The notes beneath the pieces were generated by a model, which saw only the letters and a program-made list of their open reading frames with translations, did no database searches and was not told the origin of the DNA. DNA of 64,000 bases from a virus: IMG/VR virus record IMGVR_UViG_3300009610_000003, positions 18,173 to 82,172 of that record, one strand, 5' to 3'. Within the stretch, counting starts at the first letter, position 1, and each line of letters begins with the position of its first letter. The position numbers and the translations under genes are program-made. Of this stretch, positions 9,201 to 19,588 are shown piece by piece.

Positions 9201-12200
9201 CCAAGGGGGCCTTGAGCCCGAGGTCGGTGGTCAGATTGGTGACATCCGCCTGCGCGTGGGTGTGTGAGACGTTCGCCTTGAGCGCACCGAGGGCGGTATC
9301 CGCCGCAGTCACGAAAGCCGTGGTCGCAAGCTGGGTGGTGCTGGTCAGGGCCGCCGCCGTGGGTGCGGCTGGGACACCCGTGAAGGTCGGGCTCGCTAGG
9401 TTCGCCTTCAGGTTGTCTGCCGTGGTGACGAACGCCGTGGTTGCAAGCTGGGTGGTGTTGTCACCCGCCGTCGCTGTAGGCGCGGCAGGCACGCCCGTGA
9501 ACGTTGGCCCGGCCAGATTGGCTTTCAGGTTGAGCGCGGTCTGCTGAGCAGTGGAAACCGGCTTGGCGGTGTCTGCCGTGTTGTCCACGTTCGCGAGGCC
9601 GACAGCCGTCTTGTCCAGCGTCTGCCAAGACTTGTCACCGCGCCAGTATTGCGCGGTCGTGCCGAGGGCAATCGACGGCTCGCCACCGGCCCCGAGCGGC
9701 CCCTGCGTGACACCGTTCGCGCGCACGAACAGGCCCGTTGTCGTCGTCCACATATCCCCGTTCACGGGGGTCGTCGGCGCGACACCATGCGGCAAGTTGA
9801 TACTCGCCAGCGAGGCCGTCCCCAGTTCCGTGGTGACCTTCCCGGTGAAAGTCGGGCTGGCAATGTTTGCCTTTAAGTTAAGCGCGGTCTGGGTGGCCGT
9901 GGAAACCGGCTTGGCCGCGTCGGTCGTGTTGTCCACGTTGGCAAGGCCGACAGCCGTCTTGTCCAACGCCACCCATGACTTGTCACCGCGCCAATACTGA
10001 GCCGTGGTGCCTGCGGCTATCAGGGGCTGCATCAGCGCGATGTTGGCCTGCACGAAGGCGGTCGTCGCAAGCTGGGTGGTGTTCGTCACCGTGGCTGCGG
10101 TCGGGGCCGCTGGCGTGCCCGTGAATGTCGGGCTTGCAAGCGGAGCTTTCAGGCCGAGGTCGGTGACGAGGTTCGTCACGTCAGCCTGTGCGTGGGTATG
10201 CGTGGCGTTCGCCTTCAACGCCATATTGGCCTGCACAAAGGCCGTGGTGGCGATCTGCGTATCGTTGTCGGCGGTCGCCGCCGTTGGCGCGGTCGGCGTG
10301 CCGGTCAGCGCGGGCGAGGCCAACGGGGCCTTGAGGCCGAGGTCAGTGACCAGATTGGTGACATCCGCCTGCGCATGGGTATGGGTCGTATTCGCCTTGA
10401 GCGCGTCACCCGCCACCACGAAAGCGGTCGTCGCAAGCTGCGTGGTGTTCGTGCCCGGCGTCGCGGTCGGCGCTGCCGGAACGCCCGTAAGGGTCGGCGA
10501 CGCCAAGGGCGCGGCCCCGGACACATCGCCAACGGCCAGCACGACAGCGCCCTGCCTGCCCGCGACCGAGGTCACTTGGTCGGTGTTGTCCACCTTGTCC
10601 CAAGTCACGCCGTTGGAGATTATCCAGTCGTTGATCGCCCAGTCGCTGATACCGTTGATCAGCGTCGAGCCCGCCACGGCAACCAGATAGTACCAGCCTG
10701 TCGCGCCAACTGCCGAGGGTATGGTCGGCGTGTTGGTCGCCGCGTTCCACGTGCCCTTGTAGATCACCGAGCCGATGACGGCGGCAGGCAACTGCGCCAT
10801 GGGCACCTTGCCGACGCTGTCGAGGCTGGCGTAGCCGTCATTCGCGCCCTTTTCGCTTTCCAACTGGTAGTTGGCCAGCGCACTGGTCACGAAAGCGGTC
10901 GTCGCCAACTGCGTCGTGCTGGTCAGCGCAGCCGCCGTAGGCGCGGCTGGGACGCCGGTAAACGTTGGGCTGGCCAGATTTGCCTTGAGCGCGTCGGCGG
11001 TCGTCACAAAGGCCGTGGTGGCGATCTGCGTCGTGGACGTGCCCGCCGTGGCGGTCGGCGCATCCGGGGTGCCAGTGAAGGTCGGGTCTGCCAGCGGTGC
11101 CTTCAGCGCGAGGTCGGCAACGAGGCTGGTGATATCGGCCTGCGCGTGGGTGTGCGTGGCATTCGCCTTCAGCGCCATGTTGGTCTGCACGAACGCGGTC
11201 GTCGCAAGCTGGGTGGTGTTCGTCGCCTGCGCTGCCGTAGGCGCTGCCGGGATGCCAGTGAAGGTCGGTGCGGCCAACGGGGCTTTCAGCGCGAGGTCGG
11301 CGACGAGGCTGGTGACATCGGCCTGCGCAATGGGCAGGGTCGGCGGGAAGGTCGCGGGCTTGCCCGTGATGCCAGCCCACGGGACGGCATCGGCGGCCAC
11401 CGCCGCATTCACCTTGCCATCGTCATCGCTGTCATAGACCGATGACAGCATGTCGCCGCCGCCCGCCGCCCCGACAGCGGCCTGTACGAAAGCGGTCGTG
11501 GCAAGCTGGGTCGTGTTGGTGCCCAACGTGGCCGTGGGCGCGGCTGGCACGCCCGTGAAGGTCGGCGCGGCCAGATTGGCCTTGAGGTTCAGGGCGGTCT
11601 GTGTGGCCGTGCTGACAGGCTTGGCGAGGTCGGTGGTGTTATCGACGCTGCCAAGGCCGACAGCGGCCTTGTCCAGTGTCTGCCAAGTCTTGGTGCCCTG
11701 CCAGTATTGCGCTGCCGTGCCCGCCGCTATCGCGGGCTCGCCGCCCACGCCGAGCGGCCCCACGCTCACGCCATTGGTGCGCAGGAACAGACCGGCGGTC
11801 GTCGTCCACACATCCCCGTTCACCGGGGCCGAAGGGGCCACGCCATGCGGGATGTTGATGCTGGCCAGCGCAGTCGTCCCCAACTCGGTCGTGACCTTGC
11901 CAGTGAACGTGGGCGAAGCGATATTTGCTTTGAGGTTGAGCGCTGTCTGCTGTGCTGTACTTACAGGCTTCGCAGTATCGGCAGTATTATCAACACTACC
12001 TAGACCGACAGACGCCTTGTCCAAGGTCTGCCACGTCTTGGTTCCCTGCCAATACTGCGCTGCCGTCCCGGCTGCGATGGTGGGTTCCTTGGTCGCTGCC
12101 GAGGTTGCGATGCCCCCGGTCACGAACGCCGTGGTCGCGATGGTGGTGTCGTTGTCGCCTGCCGTGGGTGTCGGCGCGGTCGGCGCACCTGTCAGGGCCG

Positions 12201-13962
12201 GGCTCGCGAGCGGGGCCTTGAGGCCGAGGTCGGTGACGAGGTTGGTCACATCCGCTTGCGCATGTGTATGGCTGACGTTGGCCTTCAACGCCCCGAGCGC
12301 GGTATCCGCAGCGGTCACAAACGCGGTCGTGGCCAACTGCGTGGTGCTGGTCAGGGCCGCCGCTGTAGGTGCTGCCGGAACACCTGTGAACGTGGGCGAG
12401 GCGAGTGGCGACTTCAGCGCGAGGTCGGTGACGAGGTTGGTCACGTCCGCCTGCGCGTGCGTGTGGGCCACGTTCGCCTTGAGCGCGCCGAGCGCCGTGT
12501 CGGCAGCGGTCACGAAAGCAGTTGTAGCCAACTGCGTGGTGCTGGTCAGGGCCGCCGCCGTGGGCGCTGCGGGCACGCCAGTAAAAGTTGGATTGGCCAA
12601 CGGTGCCTTGAGGCCGAGGTCGGTGACAAGGTTGGTCACGTCCGCCTGCGCGTGGGTGTGGCTGACGTTGGCCTTCAACGCCCCGAGGGCCGTGTCTGCG
12701 GCAGTGACGAAAGCAGTCGTGGCAAGTTGTGTCGTTGACGTAAGCGCCGCCGCCGTGGGGGCTGCGGGCGTGCCTGTGAAGGTCGGCGAAGCGAGCGGGG
12801 CCTTGAGGGCCATGTTCGCCTGCACGAAAGCCGTGGTGGCGATGTTGGTGGTGCTGTCGGCAGTCGCCGCCGTTGGCGCGGTCGGTGTCCCGGTCAGCGC
12901 TGGCGATGCAAGAGGGGCCTTGAGGTCGAGCGTCGCCTGCAAATTGACGATGGTGCTGATGGCCTGCACGCCGGTATGATTGGTGCGGGCCAGCAAATCC
13001 AGACTGTCCAGACCGTCCACCTTGTCGGCGTCCAGACCGCTCGCCGCGCCATCGACCGGCGCGAGCTTGGCCAGTATCGTCGCCCCGTCATCGGTCGCCC
13101 CGGCTGGCCCCTGCGGGCCTTGCAGGCCGGTATCGCCCTTGACGCCCTGTGGGCCTTGAACGCCCTGAATACCCTGCGGGCCGGTCGCCCCGGTGTCACC
13201 GGTATCGCCCTTGATGCCCTGCGTCCCGGCAGGCCCCTGCGGGCCGGGTAGGCCCTGCAAGCCCTGAATGCCCTGCGGCCCCTCCGGGCCGACGACATTG
13301 CCGCAATCGACCCAGCTATCGCCGTCCCAGACCCACAGACGGTCGGTATCGTCAGCGACCCAGCCGTCACCGGTCACATTGCCGGTCGGCGGCAGGCTCG
13401 CCGAGGTCGCCACCGAGCCCTTGAAATTGATGCCCACGCCCGCCGGGCCTTGCGCGCCGACAGGCCCGACAGGTCCCTGCGCGCCTTCCTGACCGGGCTC
13501 ACCCTGCAAGCCCGTGCTTCCGGGGGCACCGTCAGCGCCGGGGTAGCCCGGCTCGCCCTGCGGCCCCTCTGGCCCCTGCAAGCCTTGCGGGCCTGCCGGG
13601 CCGAGCGGCCCCTGCGGGCCGGTTATCTCGCCGCAATCGACCCATGACGAGCCGTCCCAGACCCATGTGTGGCCGGTGTCCTGCGTGATGTAGGCGTCGT
13701 TGATCGAAGGGCCGAGGGGCAGGTTGGCATAGGTCAGCACCGTGCCCTTGAAGATGATGCCCATGCCGACAGGGCCTTGCGGCCCCGTGGGGCCAAGCGG
13801 CCCCTGCGGCCCCTGCGGGCCTATCGGCCCGCCGAGTTCTTCGACTTCCACCATATGGATCGGCGGTGCGACGATTTCGATGACCGCCGGTCGGTCAACC
13901 GTCACGTCGATGTAGAACGCGACCGTTTCCTGCAACACGATGTCGGTGATGTCATCGGCCAT
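6292..13962 (-). CDS. Giant (2556 aa) virion fibre protein with collagen and fibre repeats
   Basis: N-terminal G-X-Y collagen tracts with WVWDG.SWVDCG knots. Many copies of PTFTG.PAAPTA...[10 protein letters not shown], plus [11 protein letters not shown] and YW.G.K.WQTLDK.AVGL repeats. A non-repetitive beta-rich block near 7400-8200. Confidence 0.85.
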   Translation of the reverse strand: MADDITDIVLQETVAFYIDVTVDRPAVIEIVAPPIHMVEVEELGGPIGPQGPQGPLGPTGPQGPVGMGIIFKGTVLTYANLPLGPSINDAYITQDTGHTWVWDGSSWVDCGEITGPQGPLGPAGPQGLQGPEGPQGEPGYPGADGAPGSTGLQGEPGQEGAQGPVGPVGAQGPAGVGINFKGSVATSASLPPTGNVTGDGWVADDTDRLWVWDGDSWVDCGNVVGPEGPQGIQGLQGLPGPQGPAGTQGIKGDTGDTGATGPQGIQGVQGPQGVKGDTGLQGPQGPAGATDDGATILAKLAPVDGAASGLDADKVDGLDSLDLLARTNHTGVQAISTIVNLQATLDLKAPLASPALTGTPTAPTAATADSTTNIATTAFVQANMALKAPLASPTFTGTPAAPTAAALTSTTQLATTAFVTAADTALGALKANVSHTHAQADVTNLVTDLGLKAPLANPTFTGVPAAPTAAALTSTTQLATTAFVTAADTALGALKANVAHTHAQADVTNLVTDLALKSPLASPTFTGVPAAPTAAALTSTTQLATTAFVTAADTALGALKANVSHTHAQADVTNLVTDLGLKAPLASPALTGAPTAPTPTAGDNDTTIATTAFVTGGIATSAATKEPTIAAGTAAQYWQGTKTWQTLDKASVGLGSVDNTADTAKPVSTAQQTALNLKANIASPTFTGKVTTELGTTALASINIPHGVAPSAPVNGDVWTTTAGLFLRTNGVSVGPLGVGGEPAIAAGTAAQYWQGTKTWQTLDKAAVGLGSVDNTTDLAKPVSTATQTALNLKANLAAPTFTGVPAAPTATLGTNTTQLATTAFVQAAVGAAGGGDMLSSVYDSDDDGKVNAAVAADAVPWAGITGKPATFPPTLPIAQADVTSLVADLALKAPLAAPTFTGIPAAPTAAQATNTTQLATTAFVQTNMALKANATHTHAQADITSLVADLALKAPLADPTFTGTPDAPTATAGTSTTQIATTAFVTTADALKANLASPTFTGVPAAPTAAALTSTTQLATTAFVTSALANYQLESEKGANDGYASLDSVGKVPMAQLPAAVIGSVIYKGTWNAATNTPTIPSAVGATGWYYLVAVAGSTLINGISDWAINDWIISNGVTWDKVDNTDQVTSVAGRQGAVVLAVGDVSGAAPLASPTLTGVPAAPTATPGTNTTQLATTAFVVAGDALKANTTHTHAQADVTNLVTDLGLKAPLASPALTGTPTAPTAATADNDTQIATTAFVQANMALKANATHTHAQADVTNLVTDLGLKAPLASPTFTGTPAAPTAATVTNTTQLATTAFVQANIALMQPLIAAGTTAQYWRGDKSWVALDKTAVGLANVDNTTDAAKPVSTATQTALNLKANIASPTFTGKVTTELGTASLASINLPHGVAPTTPVNGDMWTTTTGLFVRANGVTQGPLGAGGEPSIALGTTAQYWRGDKSWQTLDKTAVGLANVDNTADTAKPVSTAQQTALNLKANLAGPTFTGVPAAPTATAGDNTTQLATTAFVTTADNLKANLASPTFTGVPAAPTAAALTSTTQLATTAFVTAADTALGALKANVSHTHAQADVTNLTTDLGLKAPLASPTFTGVPAAPTAAALTSTTQLATTAFVTTADALKANLASPTFTGTPAAPTPATADNTTTLATTAHVQANMALKVSDAASDSRFYFRRNAVWEDFFKYANPLTTRQYEWRTEIVAPPTTGQFRVNSATMASVTTAWLFKTDLSVLDTTLTMPEMITTGARVGIVNQDAPTTWHIFRVTAPLVDSTTYWTITLTLESSGGVAIANADRVNFIILPSDTTTKANLASPVFTGDPQAPTPATADNDTSIATTAFVKAQAYAPLASPTFTGVPAAPTAAALTNTTQLATTAFVTTADNLKANLASPTFTGVPAAPTAAARTSTTQLATTAFVTTTTREKLTAARTYYVRSDGLDTNTGLTNDAAGAFLTPQAAWNTLSLIDGNGFAVTISIQSLFTTSISTAEDKLVGVTTVSINGVSNATSGLSQVLVTGTTTRIALNNLTLGIGTVLNALVASGVGVEVTVGAGMAFNHTGASASIQATLGGRITVTADITLMTAGCSYILYASLDGYIYISDTAWIIVCPVRPDTFSNVVIAVAFAYAIQGGTIYTADAGIAVTTGPITGPRYSVLTGGKIFGLSALSATTFPGDVAGTVDTLDDSIYGDGVPTAVTAAPGTSTTQIATTAFVTTADNLKANLASPTFTGVPAAPTAAALTNTTQLATTAFVTTADNLKANIASPTFTGKVTTELGTAALASLNIPHGVAPTSPVNGDLWTTTAGLYARINAVTVGPLGAVVSDPLKANLASPVFTGDPQAPTPATADNDTSIATTAYVKAQLYATLADPVFTGTPDAPTAAPGTNTTQLATTAFVAASFAPLASPTFTGVPAAPTAAALTSTTQLATTAFVTTADNLKANLASPTFTGTVTVAALTATGKVTTVLSATGAAGIVLPHGVAPSAPVNGDLWTTTAGLYARINAVTKGPFMDKATADVSDTAPSSPVNGQMWFNSANGNFYIYYMDGTSNQWVQINTVGT

Positions 13963-13966
13963 CGGT

Positions 13967-14398
13967 TCAGCCCTTCTTGCGCGCCGCCCTTGGGAACTTC
14001 AGCGTTTTCCCCTGCTGCATCGCGATGGTGGTCGGCTGGGCCATCAGCGCACCCGCCGCGACGCTGTCGGTCACGTCTGCCGTGACTTCCACCGTGCCCA
14101 TCAGGATGGTGTTCACCGAGCCCGAGGGGTAGGTCAGTTGCAAATCCCAGATGTGCGGGGCTATCTCAAGCGCCTGACACTGGGTCGAACTGAGCGACAT
14201 CGCGATGATGTTGGGCAGCACGACTTCGGTGACGAACGTCACGATGACCGCACCGCCCGGCTCAAACCGGATTTCGGCCTTCGGCACCACGCCCGTGAGG
14301 TCGAGCGGGGCGGTCTTGCCCTCGTCAAGCCACAGCTTGAACTGCCACGAATAGCTGTCGCCGTGGTACAGCTTGAGCCCATATTCGCTTGGCATCAT
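13967..14398 (-). CDS. Small virion protein, BppU-N-like fibre adaptor
   Basis: [33 protein letters not shown] pattern. Lies between portal and fibre. Confidence 0.55.
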   Translation of the reverse strand: MMPSEYGLKLYHGDSYSWQFKLWLDEGKTAPLDLTGVVPKAEIRFEPGGAVIVTFVTEVVLPNIIAMSLSSTQCQALEIAPHIWDLQLTYPSGSVNTILMGTVEVTADVTDSVAAGALMAQPTTIAMQQGKTLKFPRAARKKG

Positions 14399-16020
14399 GA
14401 CACGGGTTCCTCAAGCTCTTCCGGCGCGAACAATTCCGCCAGTTCTTCGGGGCTGATCGGGCCATATTCGTCGTCGCCCGTGCCGACGCTGAGGTCGGGG
14501 GTGGCCTCGCCGCCTAGAGGCTGTTCGCCAATCCCCAACTCTCCCATTCCCATGCCGGTGGGCATGGATGCCGCTTCCTCTTCCGCAACGAGTTCCTGTT
14601 CCTCCTCAGCCGTGCGCTCTTCAGACGCGATGCGACCCCGCTGAAGGTTGGCATAAAGCGTTTCATAGGAAATCACCTTGTTCATCCACAACTCGGTCAA
14701 CTTGTTCGCCTCGTCGGGCGTCATGTCCGTGTCGAGGAAATTCAGGTTGGGCTTGACGATCACCTCGTCGGGGTCTTGCCCGACTAGCTCAGCGCAGTAG
14801 CGCAGCACCTGCTCAAGCGCGGCAGCGCTCGTCTGCGCCACGCTCACCAGCGTGGCCGAGCCCGCCCGCGCGCGGATGCGCAGCGCCTCGCCGCTCTCTG
14901 CCGCCTTCTTGTCGCCCACCGCGAACATGCGCGAGCCCGCCTCTGCGGCCCGGCTGCGCTCGTCTTCAATGGCTGTCTTGTGCGCTTCGATACCCGAGCC
15001 CGAGGGGCCAACATACTTGGCGTCGCCCCCTTCGGGTATCGACACGCCGACGCCCGCGCCCACGTAGGTGGGCATGTCATCGGGGTCGAGCCCGATATAG
15101 AACAGGGTTTCCTGCCCGCTCATGAAAAGCTGGTGGCGGTAGTCGGCGTCCAGCCGGTAGATGGCATACGCCGAGCGCGTCACGCCTATCAGCGGGATTT
15201 GATCGGGCTCAAGGCTCAGGTCACGTGAGCCCGCCACGACCAGCGGTACTTCCTCAAGCGGCTTGCCACCTCGCATCTGCGGCACCACCACCGAGGTGGC
15301 GACGCCTTCTTGCACGTCAATCGTGGGGTCTTCGGTGGGGTCCTTTTCCTCATCGCTGCTCAGGGAATGTCCATCTTCGTCAAGCACTTCGACCTGATAC
15401 ACATCATCGACCAGTTCCAGCACGCGGTAACGCTTCTTGGCGTCCCACGTGAAACCCGAACGCACCCGGTAGTCTTCTTCCAGCACGAAGAAGTTGCGGC
15501 TCTCGGACCAGTTGATGAGGCTTTCCGCCTTGTAGACGGCCACCCATGGCAGGTCGCCGCCCTCTGGCGGCAGGTCAGCCAGCAGCGCCACCCTGCCAAC
15601 CGTCAAAATCTCTTCGGTGATGCGCTTGTGCAGCGCCTCAAGCGTCAGGCCATCGGGGGTCGCCGTCTCCCACATCCCCTCAAGCGGGCTGTCTTCGTCC
15701 AGCCCTTCGATCTGCGCCTCGCCGTGGTGGATGATGCCGAGCATCCCCTGAATGGTCGGGGCCATCAGGTCGGGGAACTGCGCCCGCATCTTGTACGCCT
15801 CGTACATGGCCAGCGGCTCAGCCGAGCCGTTGAACCCCGAGGGCATGGGCAGGTACTTGACGTTCTTGGCCTTGACCGTGGTCGCGCCGTCCACGGCGTC
15901 CCGGCATTCCTCGTAGTCGGGGACGATGATGCCGAGGTCGGGGTGCCGCTCTTTCACATCGCCGATGCGGGTCGTGCCCTCCTCCTGCGCCGCTGGCTTG
16001 AGCTTGACCACCTTGGCCAT
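14395..16020 (-). CDS. Portal protein (DUF4055-like)
   Basis: 541 aa directly after terL. KYLP.P, YEAYKMRA.F, YRLDADYRHQL and AESGEALRIR motifs, acidic C-terminus. Confidence 0.85.
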   Translation of the reverse strand: MAKVVKLKPAAQEEGTTRIGDVKERHPDLGIIVPDYEECRDAVDGATTVKAKNVKYLPMPSGFNGSAEPLAMYEAYKMRAQFPDLMAPTIQGMLGIIHHGEAQIEGLDEDSPLEGMWETATPDGLTLEALHKRITEEILTVGRVALLADLPPEGGDLPWVAVYKAESLINWSESRNFFVLEEDYRVRSGFTWDAKKRYRVLELVDDVYQVEVLDEDGHSLSSDEEKDPTEDPTIDVQEGVATSVVVPQMRGGKPLEEVPLVVAGSRDLSLEPDQIPLIGVTRSAYAIYRLDADYRHQLFMSGQETLFYIGLDPDDMPTYVGAGVGVSIPEGGDAKYVGPSGSGIEAHKTAIEDERSRAAEAGSRMFAVGDKKAAESGEALRIRARAGSATLVSVAQTSAAALEQVLRYCAELVGQDPDEVIVKPNLNFLDTDMTPDEANKLTELWMNKVISYETLYANLQRGRIASEERTAEEEQELVAEEEAASMPTGMGMGELGIGEQPLGGEATPDLSVGTGDDEYGPISPEELAELFAPEELEEPVS

Positions 16021-17441
16021 CAGTGATGCCCTCCCCTGATCGGGACGACACCGCCCCTTGCCGATTTGCCGAACACAAGGTCGGTGATGGCCCAGACCAT
16101 GGCGTCGAGCCTGTCCGGGGAACCCGCGCCCTCGTAGCCGCGCTGGGTCATGTAGATCATCTGGTCTTCCAGCTTGGCCATGCTGCCCACGTGGCGCACC
16201 CTGCCCTGCTCGTAGAGCGCCGCCACGGGCTCTGCCCTGACCGCCTTGCCCCGAGAGGCATGGACGGGCCTGTAGGGCACGCGCTTGTCGATTGTACGGA
16301 TGGTGTGTTCGACCATGGCACCGCCGAAATTGGCCTCGCCGACGATCATGTCGGCGTCGTGCCTGCGGTAGGTGTCAACCACCCGCCGCGCCCACCCTTC
16401 GGGGCCGAGATTGATCGTGGCGTCGTCAAGCACATAGATCATGCCATCGTCGCCAAGCCCCGCGCAGACGATGCCTACATCGTCACCTACCTCAAATTCG
16501 TGGTCGCCGCCACGCGCTTCCTTGCGGCGCATGTCGATTTCGCCGTGCGTGCCTGACGGGTCAACGCCCACCACCACCCGGCGCATGTCGGGCAGGCCCT
16601 CGCTCTTGGTCATGCCCGCGCCCTTCGGGTTCGACGCCGAGCGCATCTCAAGCATCCTGCGCGTCCACATCGCGCCCGGCACATCGTCAAGCACTTCGGC
16701 GTGCAGTTCCTGCCGCCCGAGCCTTGTGCCTTCGTACTTCTCCTTCATCTTGGCCAAGAACTTGGCCGAGAGATTGTGATAATTGTCGTATGTGCTGCCG
16801 CGCGTTACGAAGGTGTCTTTATTTTCAAGTAGTTCCCTGACAACTGGAATTGGACGCGGGGTTGTAGTGACCAACTGCCGGGGGTTATCGCCGACGCGCA
16901 GACCGAACTGTAGCATGTCCCAAGTTTCTTGCGCGTACTGCCACTTGGCAAGCTCATCTGACCAAGCGGCCTCATGCTCAGGCCCTCTAAGTTGCTCTGG
17001 GTCATCTGCGGAATAGGTGTGTGCGACTGCGCCATTGGGCCATTCCAGCTTGCGTAGGGAGGGTTTGTAGACCGGGCGGAATTCAGGGGGGTGGCACTTC
17101 AGGATGCCGCCTTGGCTCTGCACCATGACATCACGGGCGTCGGCGGCTGTCTCGGCGACGAGGGCCATGTGCCTGACGCGCCCGCCCGTCAGCGGCGAGC
17201 TACCGCACATCATCGACCGCACCCATTCCGAGCCCATGCGGGTCTTGCCAAAGCCCCGGCCTGCCATGGCCAGCCACACCGACCAGTTGCCGGGGGGTTC
17301 CTGTTGATTGGGTCGGCCCCAGAATTCCCAGTCGTACTCAAGGACGTGTGTCATCTCAGGCGTCAGGCCGAGATAGAACACTTCCTGCTCATGTGGGGGT
17401 CGTTTCGACAGCACCGAGGCCATCGCGACATTGGCATTCAT
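16020..17441 (-). CDS. terL: Terminase large subunit
   Basis: Walker A GRGFGKTR, LRGP..AWSDE, TTTPRP, nuclease motifs VVVGVDP and SPDRLDA. Start re-set to ATG 17441 after a GGGGGA RBS. Confidence 0.95.
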   Translation of the reverse strand: MNANVAMASVLSKRPPHEQEVFYLGLTPEMTHVLEYDWEFWGRPNQQEPPGNWSVWLAMAGRGFGKTRMGSEWVRSMMCGSSPLTGGRVRHMALVAETAADARDVMVQSQGGILKCHPPEFRPVYKPSLRKLEWPNGAVAHTYSADDPEQLRGPEHEAAWSDELAKWQYAQETWDMLQFGLRVGDNPRQLVTTTPRPIPVVRELLENKDTFVTRGSTYDNYHNLSAKFLAKMKEKYEGTRLGRQELHAEVLDDVPGAMWTRRMLEMRSASNPKGAGMTKSEGLPDMRRVVVGVDPSGTHGEIDMRRKEARGGDHEFEVGDDVGIVCAGLGDDGMIYVLDDATINLGPEGWARRVVDTYRRHDADMIVGEANFGGAMVEHTIRTIDKRVPYRPVHASRGKAVRAEPVAALYEQGRVRHVGSMAKLEDQMIYMTQRGYEGAGSPDRLDAMVWAITDLVFGKSARGGVVPIRGGHH

Positions 17442-17562
17442 GCACTTCCCCCAAATAATGGCCCGCCCCGGCTTGGAACCGTACCGGGGCGGGCCTGACG
17501 AAACGCGCCACATGGGCGGTGGGGCTATGGGGATGAAATGCGACGCGCTCGCTAAGCGAAGC

Positions 17563-17591
17563 AAGGTACATTCCCCGAGGGGTCAAGGCAA
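17563..17591 (-). promoter_or_regulatory. Putative sigma70-type promoter for terL
   Basis: TTGCCT-N17-TACCTT on the minus strand, back-to-back with the promoter at 17600. Confidence 0.45.
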
Positions 17592-17599
17592 CCTTGGGC

Positions 17600-17628
17600 T
17601 TGGCCGAAATGAAAAAGGATCGTACCTT
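17600..17628 (+). promoter_or_regulatory. AAGGATCG-class promoter
   Basis: TTGGCC-gaaatgaaaAAGGATCG-TACCTT (17-bp spacer), upstream of the 17664 gene cluster. Confidence 0.65.
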
Positions 17629-17663
17629 TCGAGGCTTAAAAACCGCGACGAGGAACCCCCGAA

Positions 17664-17855
17664 ATGATCACCATGGACAACGAAGAAATCTTCGACGCCA
17701 TCATCGCCAAGCTGAACGAGGCGCAGGCCATCCTCACCAAGGAACTGCCCATGCCCGACATGGATGTCGCCGAGTGGAACGCCACGCCCATTGGTCGCGC
17801 CGTCAGCCGTATCGGCGATGTCTTGGAACTGATGCAGGAACTGGAACTGGAATGA
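17664..17855 (+). CDS. Hypothetical protein
   Basis: AGGA RBS, phage-like codon use, ATGA coupling to the next gene. Confidence 0.7.
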   Translation: MITMDNEEIFDAIIAKLNEAQAILTKELPMPDMDVAEWNATPIGRAVSRIGDVLELMQELELE

Positions 17856-18067
17856 AGGTCACCCGCAAATCGCAGATCACCGGCAAGGCCGCCAGCATGG
17901 AACTGCCTATCACCATGGCCCAGTGGGCGGAATGGATGTCATCGCGGCGCACGCGCCTGATACAGGACATCTTCCCCCAGCTAACCAACGAGCAGCGCGA
18001 ATTCCTCAAGACCGGCATCACGCCCGAGGAATGGGACAAGCACATCAGGAAGGACGACAACGAATGA
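17852..18067 (+). CDS. Conserved phage hypothetical protein
   Basis: MKVTRKSQITGK..LIQDIFPQLT.EQREFL.TGITPEEWD. ATGA overlaps on both sides. Confidence 0.75.
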   Translation: MKVTRKSQITGKAASMELPITMAQWAEWMSSRRTRLIQDIFPQLTNEQREFLKTGITPEEWDKHIRKDDNE

Positions 18068-18270
18068 CCTACATCGTCAGATGCCCGAACGGGCAGCGCT
18101 GGAAGGTGCGGGACGCCCGCTCACTGGATGCTGCGCTTGACCAGATCGCCCTTGCCCGTGTCACTGGCAGCATCGGGGGCAAGACCACCTGCAATGGCAC
18201 CCTGCTCGCGGACGTGGTTCAGATCAACTCGGATGGTAGCGAGCGCCAGCCCTACTCGCAGGTGTACTGA
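18064..18270 (+). CDS. Hypothetical protein
   Basis: MTYIVRCPNGQRW.., translationally coupled on both sides. Confidence 0.65.
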   Translation: MTYIVRCPNGQRWKVRDARSLDAALDQIALARVTGSIGGKTTCNGTLLADVVQINSDGSERQPYSQVY

Positions 18271-18533
18271 TGAGCAAGCAACTGGGCGACGCGCCCATCG
18301 ACCCCGAGCTACACAAGCTGATGAATGCACTGGCGCACGGCATTGACGAACTGCTGAACGGCAAGCCGCCCACCACCAAAACGAACGGCTTCATCTTGAT
18401 GGTGTTCCCGTTCGAAGGGCACGAAGGCCGCTGCAACTACATCAGCAACGCCCACCGCGAGGACGTGGTGACCATGCTCAAGGAACAGGTCGCCCGCTTC
18501 GAAGGCCAAGCCGAGGTGAGGGGAAACGCATGA
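18270..18533 (+). CDS. Conserved phage hypothetical protein
   Basis: GFILMVFPF..GRCNYISNA.REDVV.MLKE motif, coupled to neighbours. Confidence 0.75.
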   Translation: MSKQLGDAPIDPELHKLMNALAHGIDELLNGKPPTTKTNGFILMVFPFEGHEGRCNYISNAHREDVVTMLKEQVARFEGQAEVRGNA

Positions 18534-18718
18534 CCAGCTACTACCTCACGCCCGAGGCCGAGGCCCTACGCACCGAGGCGCTGGTGAAGCGTATCGCGTC
18601 CGAGCCGCACCCCTTCCGGGAAGACAGCGACTTCTGGAAGCTGCCTGCCAAGCTCAAGTTCCGCGTCGCCGAGGTCGCTTACCCGATCAAATACGCGGAC
18701 GCCCGCGTTATTATCTAA
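18530..18718 (+). CDS. Hypothetical protein
   Basis: ATGA overlap and RBS. Confidence 0.6.
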   Translation: MTSYYLTPEAEALRTEALVKRIASEPHPFREDSDFWKLPAKLKFRVAEVAYPIKYADARVII

Positions 18719-18847
18719 CCCACTGATTTTACAGGGAAAGTGTCAATTTATGAGACCGGCGTTCTTGGTTCAGGTTCGTAATAGACGTTGCATCCCACGG
18801 GGGTTCCTCTTGGTCGTGCACCACAGATATTGTCGATGAGGCGTTAA

Positions 18848-19099
18848 ATGAACACCAGCCTCGTCATCTACCGGATGCCAGACACCATCGGCGAGCGCTG
18901 CTCGCTGGCCTGCCACGTGCTGTCGGTGAACGGCACCTTCATCAAGGAAACCCACAGCTACGGCGAGCAGCCGCCTGCCGACCTGCTCGCCATGGCGAGC
19001 AACCTGTCTCACGCCCTGATGGTGCCGATTGAGTTACGGGACACGCGCCCCAAGCCGTCGCCGCGCATCGTCGGGGCAGGGCTCAGGCTGGTGGTGTGA
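18848..19099 (+). CDS. Hypothetical protein
   Basis: GAGG RBS and phage-like codon use. Confidence 0.55.
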   Translation: MNTSLVIYRMPDTIGERCSLACHVLSVNGTFIKETHSYGEQPPADLLAMASNLSHALMVPIELRDTRPKPSPRIVGAGLRLVV

Positions 19100-19272
19100 T
19101 CGGTGCGGGCAGGGCTGTTGCGACCCTGCCCGCTTTTCCACCCGGCGAACCAGAAGAGCATCCGAAAACCGGGCGAAATAGAACCGGGGCGGGGGAGGGG
19201 GAAAGGATGACGCCCCCTGCCCCGCACCCGGCTACATTCCCGGCCCCACTGACGAGTGCCGCCGGGAAGACG

Positions 19273-19299
19273 AGGTTTCGCCACGTGGCGAAACCGAAG
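19273..19299. repeat. Perfect 22-bp palindrome GGTTTCGCCACGTGGCGAAACC, copy 1
   Basis: Palindrome at 19274-19295. The 27 bp 19273-19299 are identical to the reverse complement of 45668-45694. Confidence 0.9.
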
Positions 19300-19300
19300 C

Positions 19301-19588
19301 TCACTTCCGCCAGCGCACGCTGATGCGGCACTGATCTAGGTCGGGCCGCTCTTTGCTGGTGGTGATGAGCGTGTTGCAAAGCTCGCCGATGGTCTGCGAG
19401 CCCCGCCATGGGGCTTCCAGCTTGCCCGCCAGCCAGCCATCGGGGCTGATCAGCGAGGCGCTGACGATGTAGACCGGCACCTGCTGGGATGTGCTGGCGT
19501 CCGAGGCCGCAGGGTCTGGCGCTGGTGCGTCAGGCGGTGGCGGCACCGGGGTGATGTTTTCGAGGTCGATCAAGGTTTCCTGTTTCAT
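19301..19588 (-). CDS. Hypothetical protein
   Basis: MKQETLIDLENITPVPPP.., ATGA overlap with the upstream gene. Confidence 0.55.
   Translation of the reverse strand: MKQETLIDLENITPVPPPPDAPAPDPAASDASTSQQVPVYIVSASLISPDGWLAGKLEAPWRGSQTIGELCNTLITTSKERPDLDQCRISVRWRK

Noticed and set aside
6500-12950. Regularly recurring DNA repeats that could be taken for a CRISPR array
   Set aside because: They are in-frame, synonymously variable protein repeats within one 2556-aa ORF. There is no constant repeat with unique spacers and no cas gene.
10192-12979. Long antisense ORFs (e.g. 417 aa and 509 aa here, also 40227-41729, 52863-54476, 33410-34726)
   Set aside because: These are shadow frames expected opposite high-GC3 genes. 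They have no motifs and no RBS.
19274-19295. Protelomerase target site (linear plasmid prophage)
   Set aside because: No protelomerase gene in the window, and two copies with one intragenic do not fit a single tel site.
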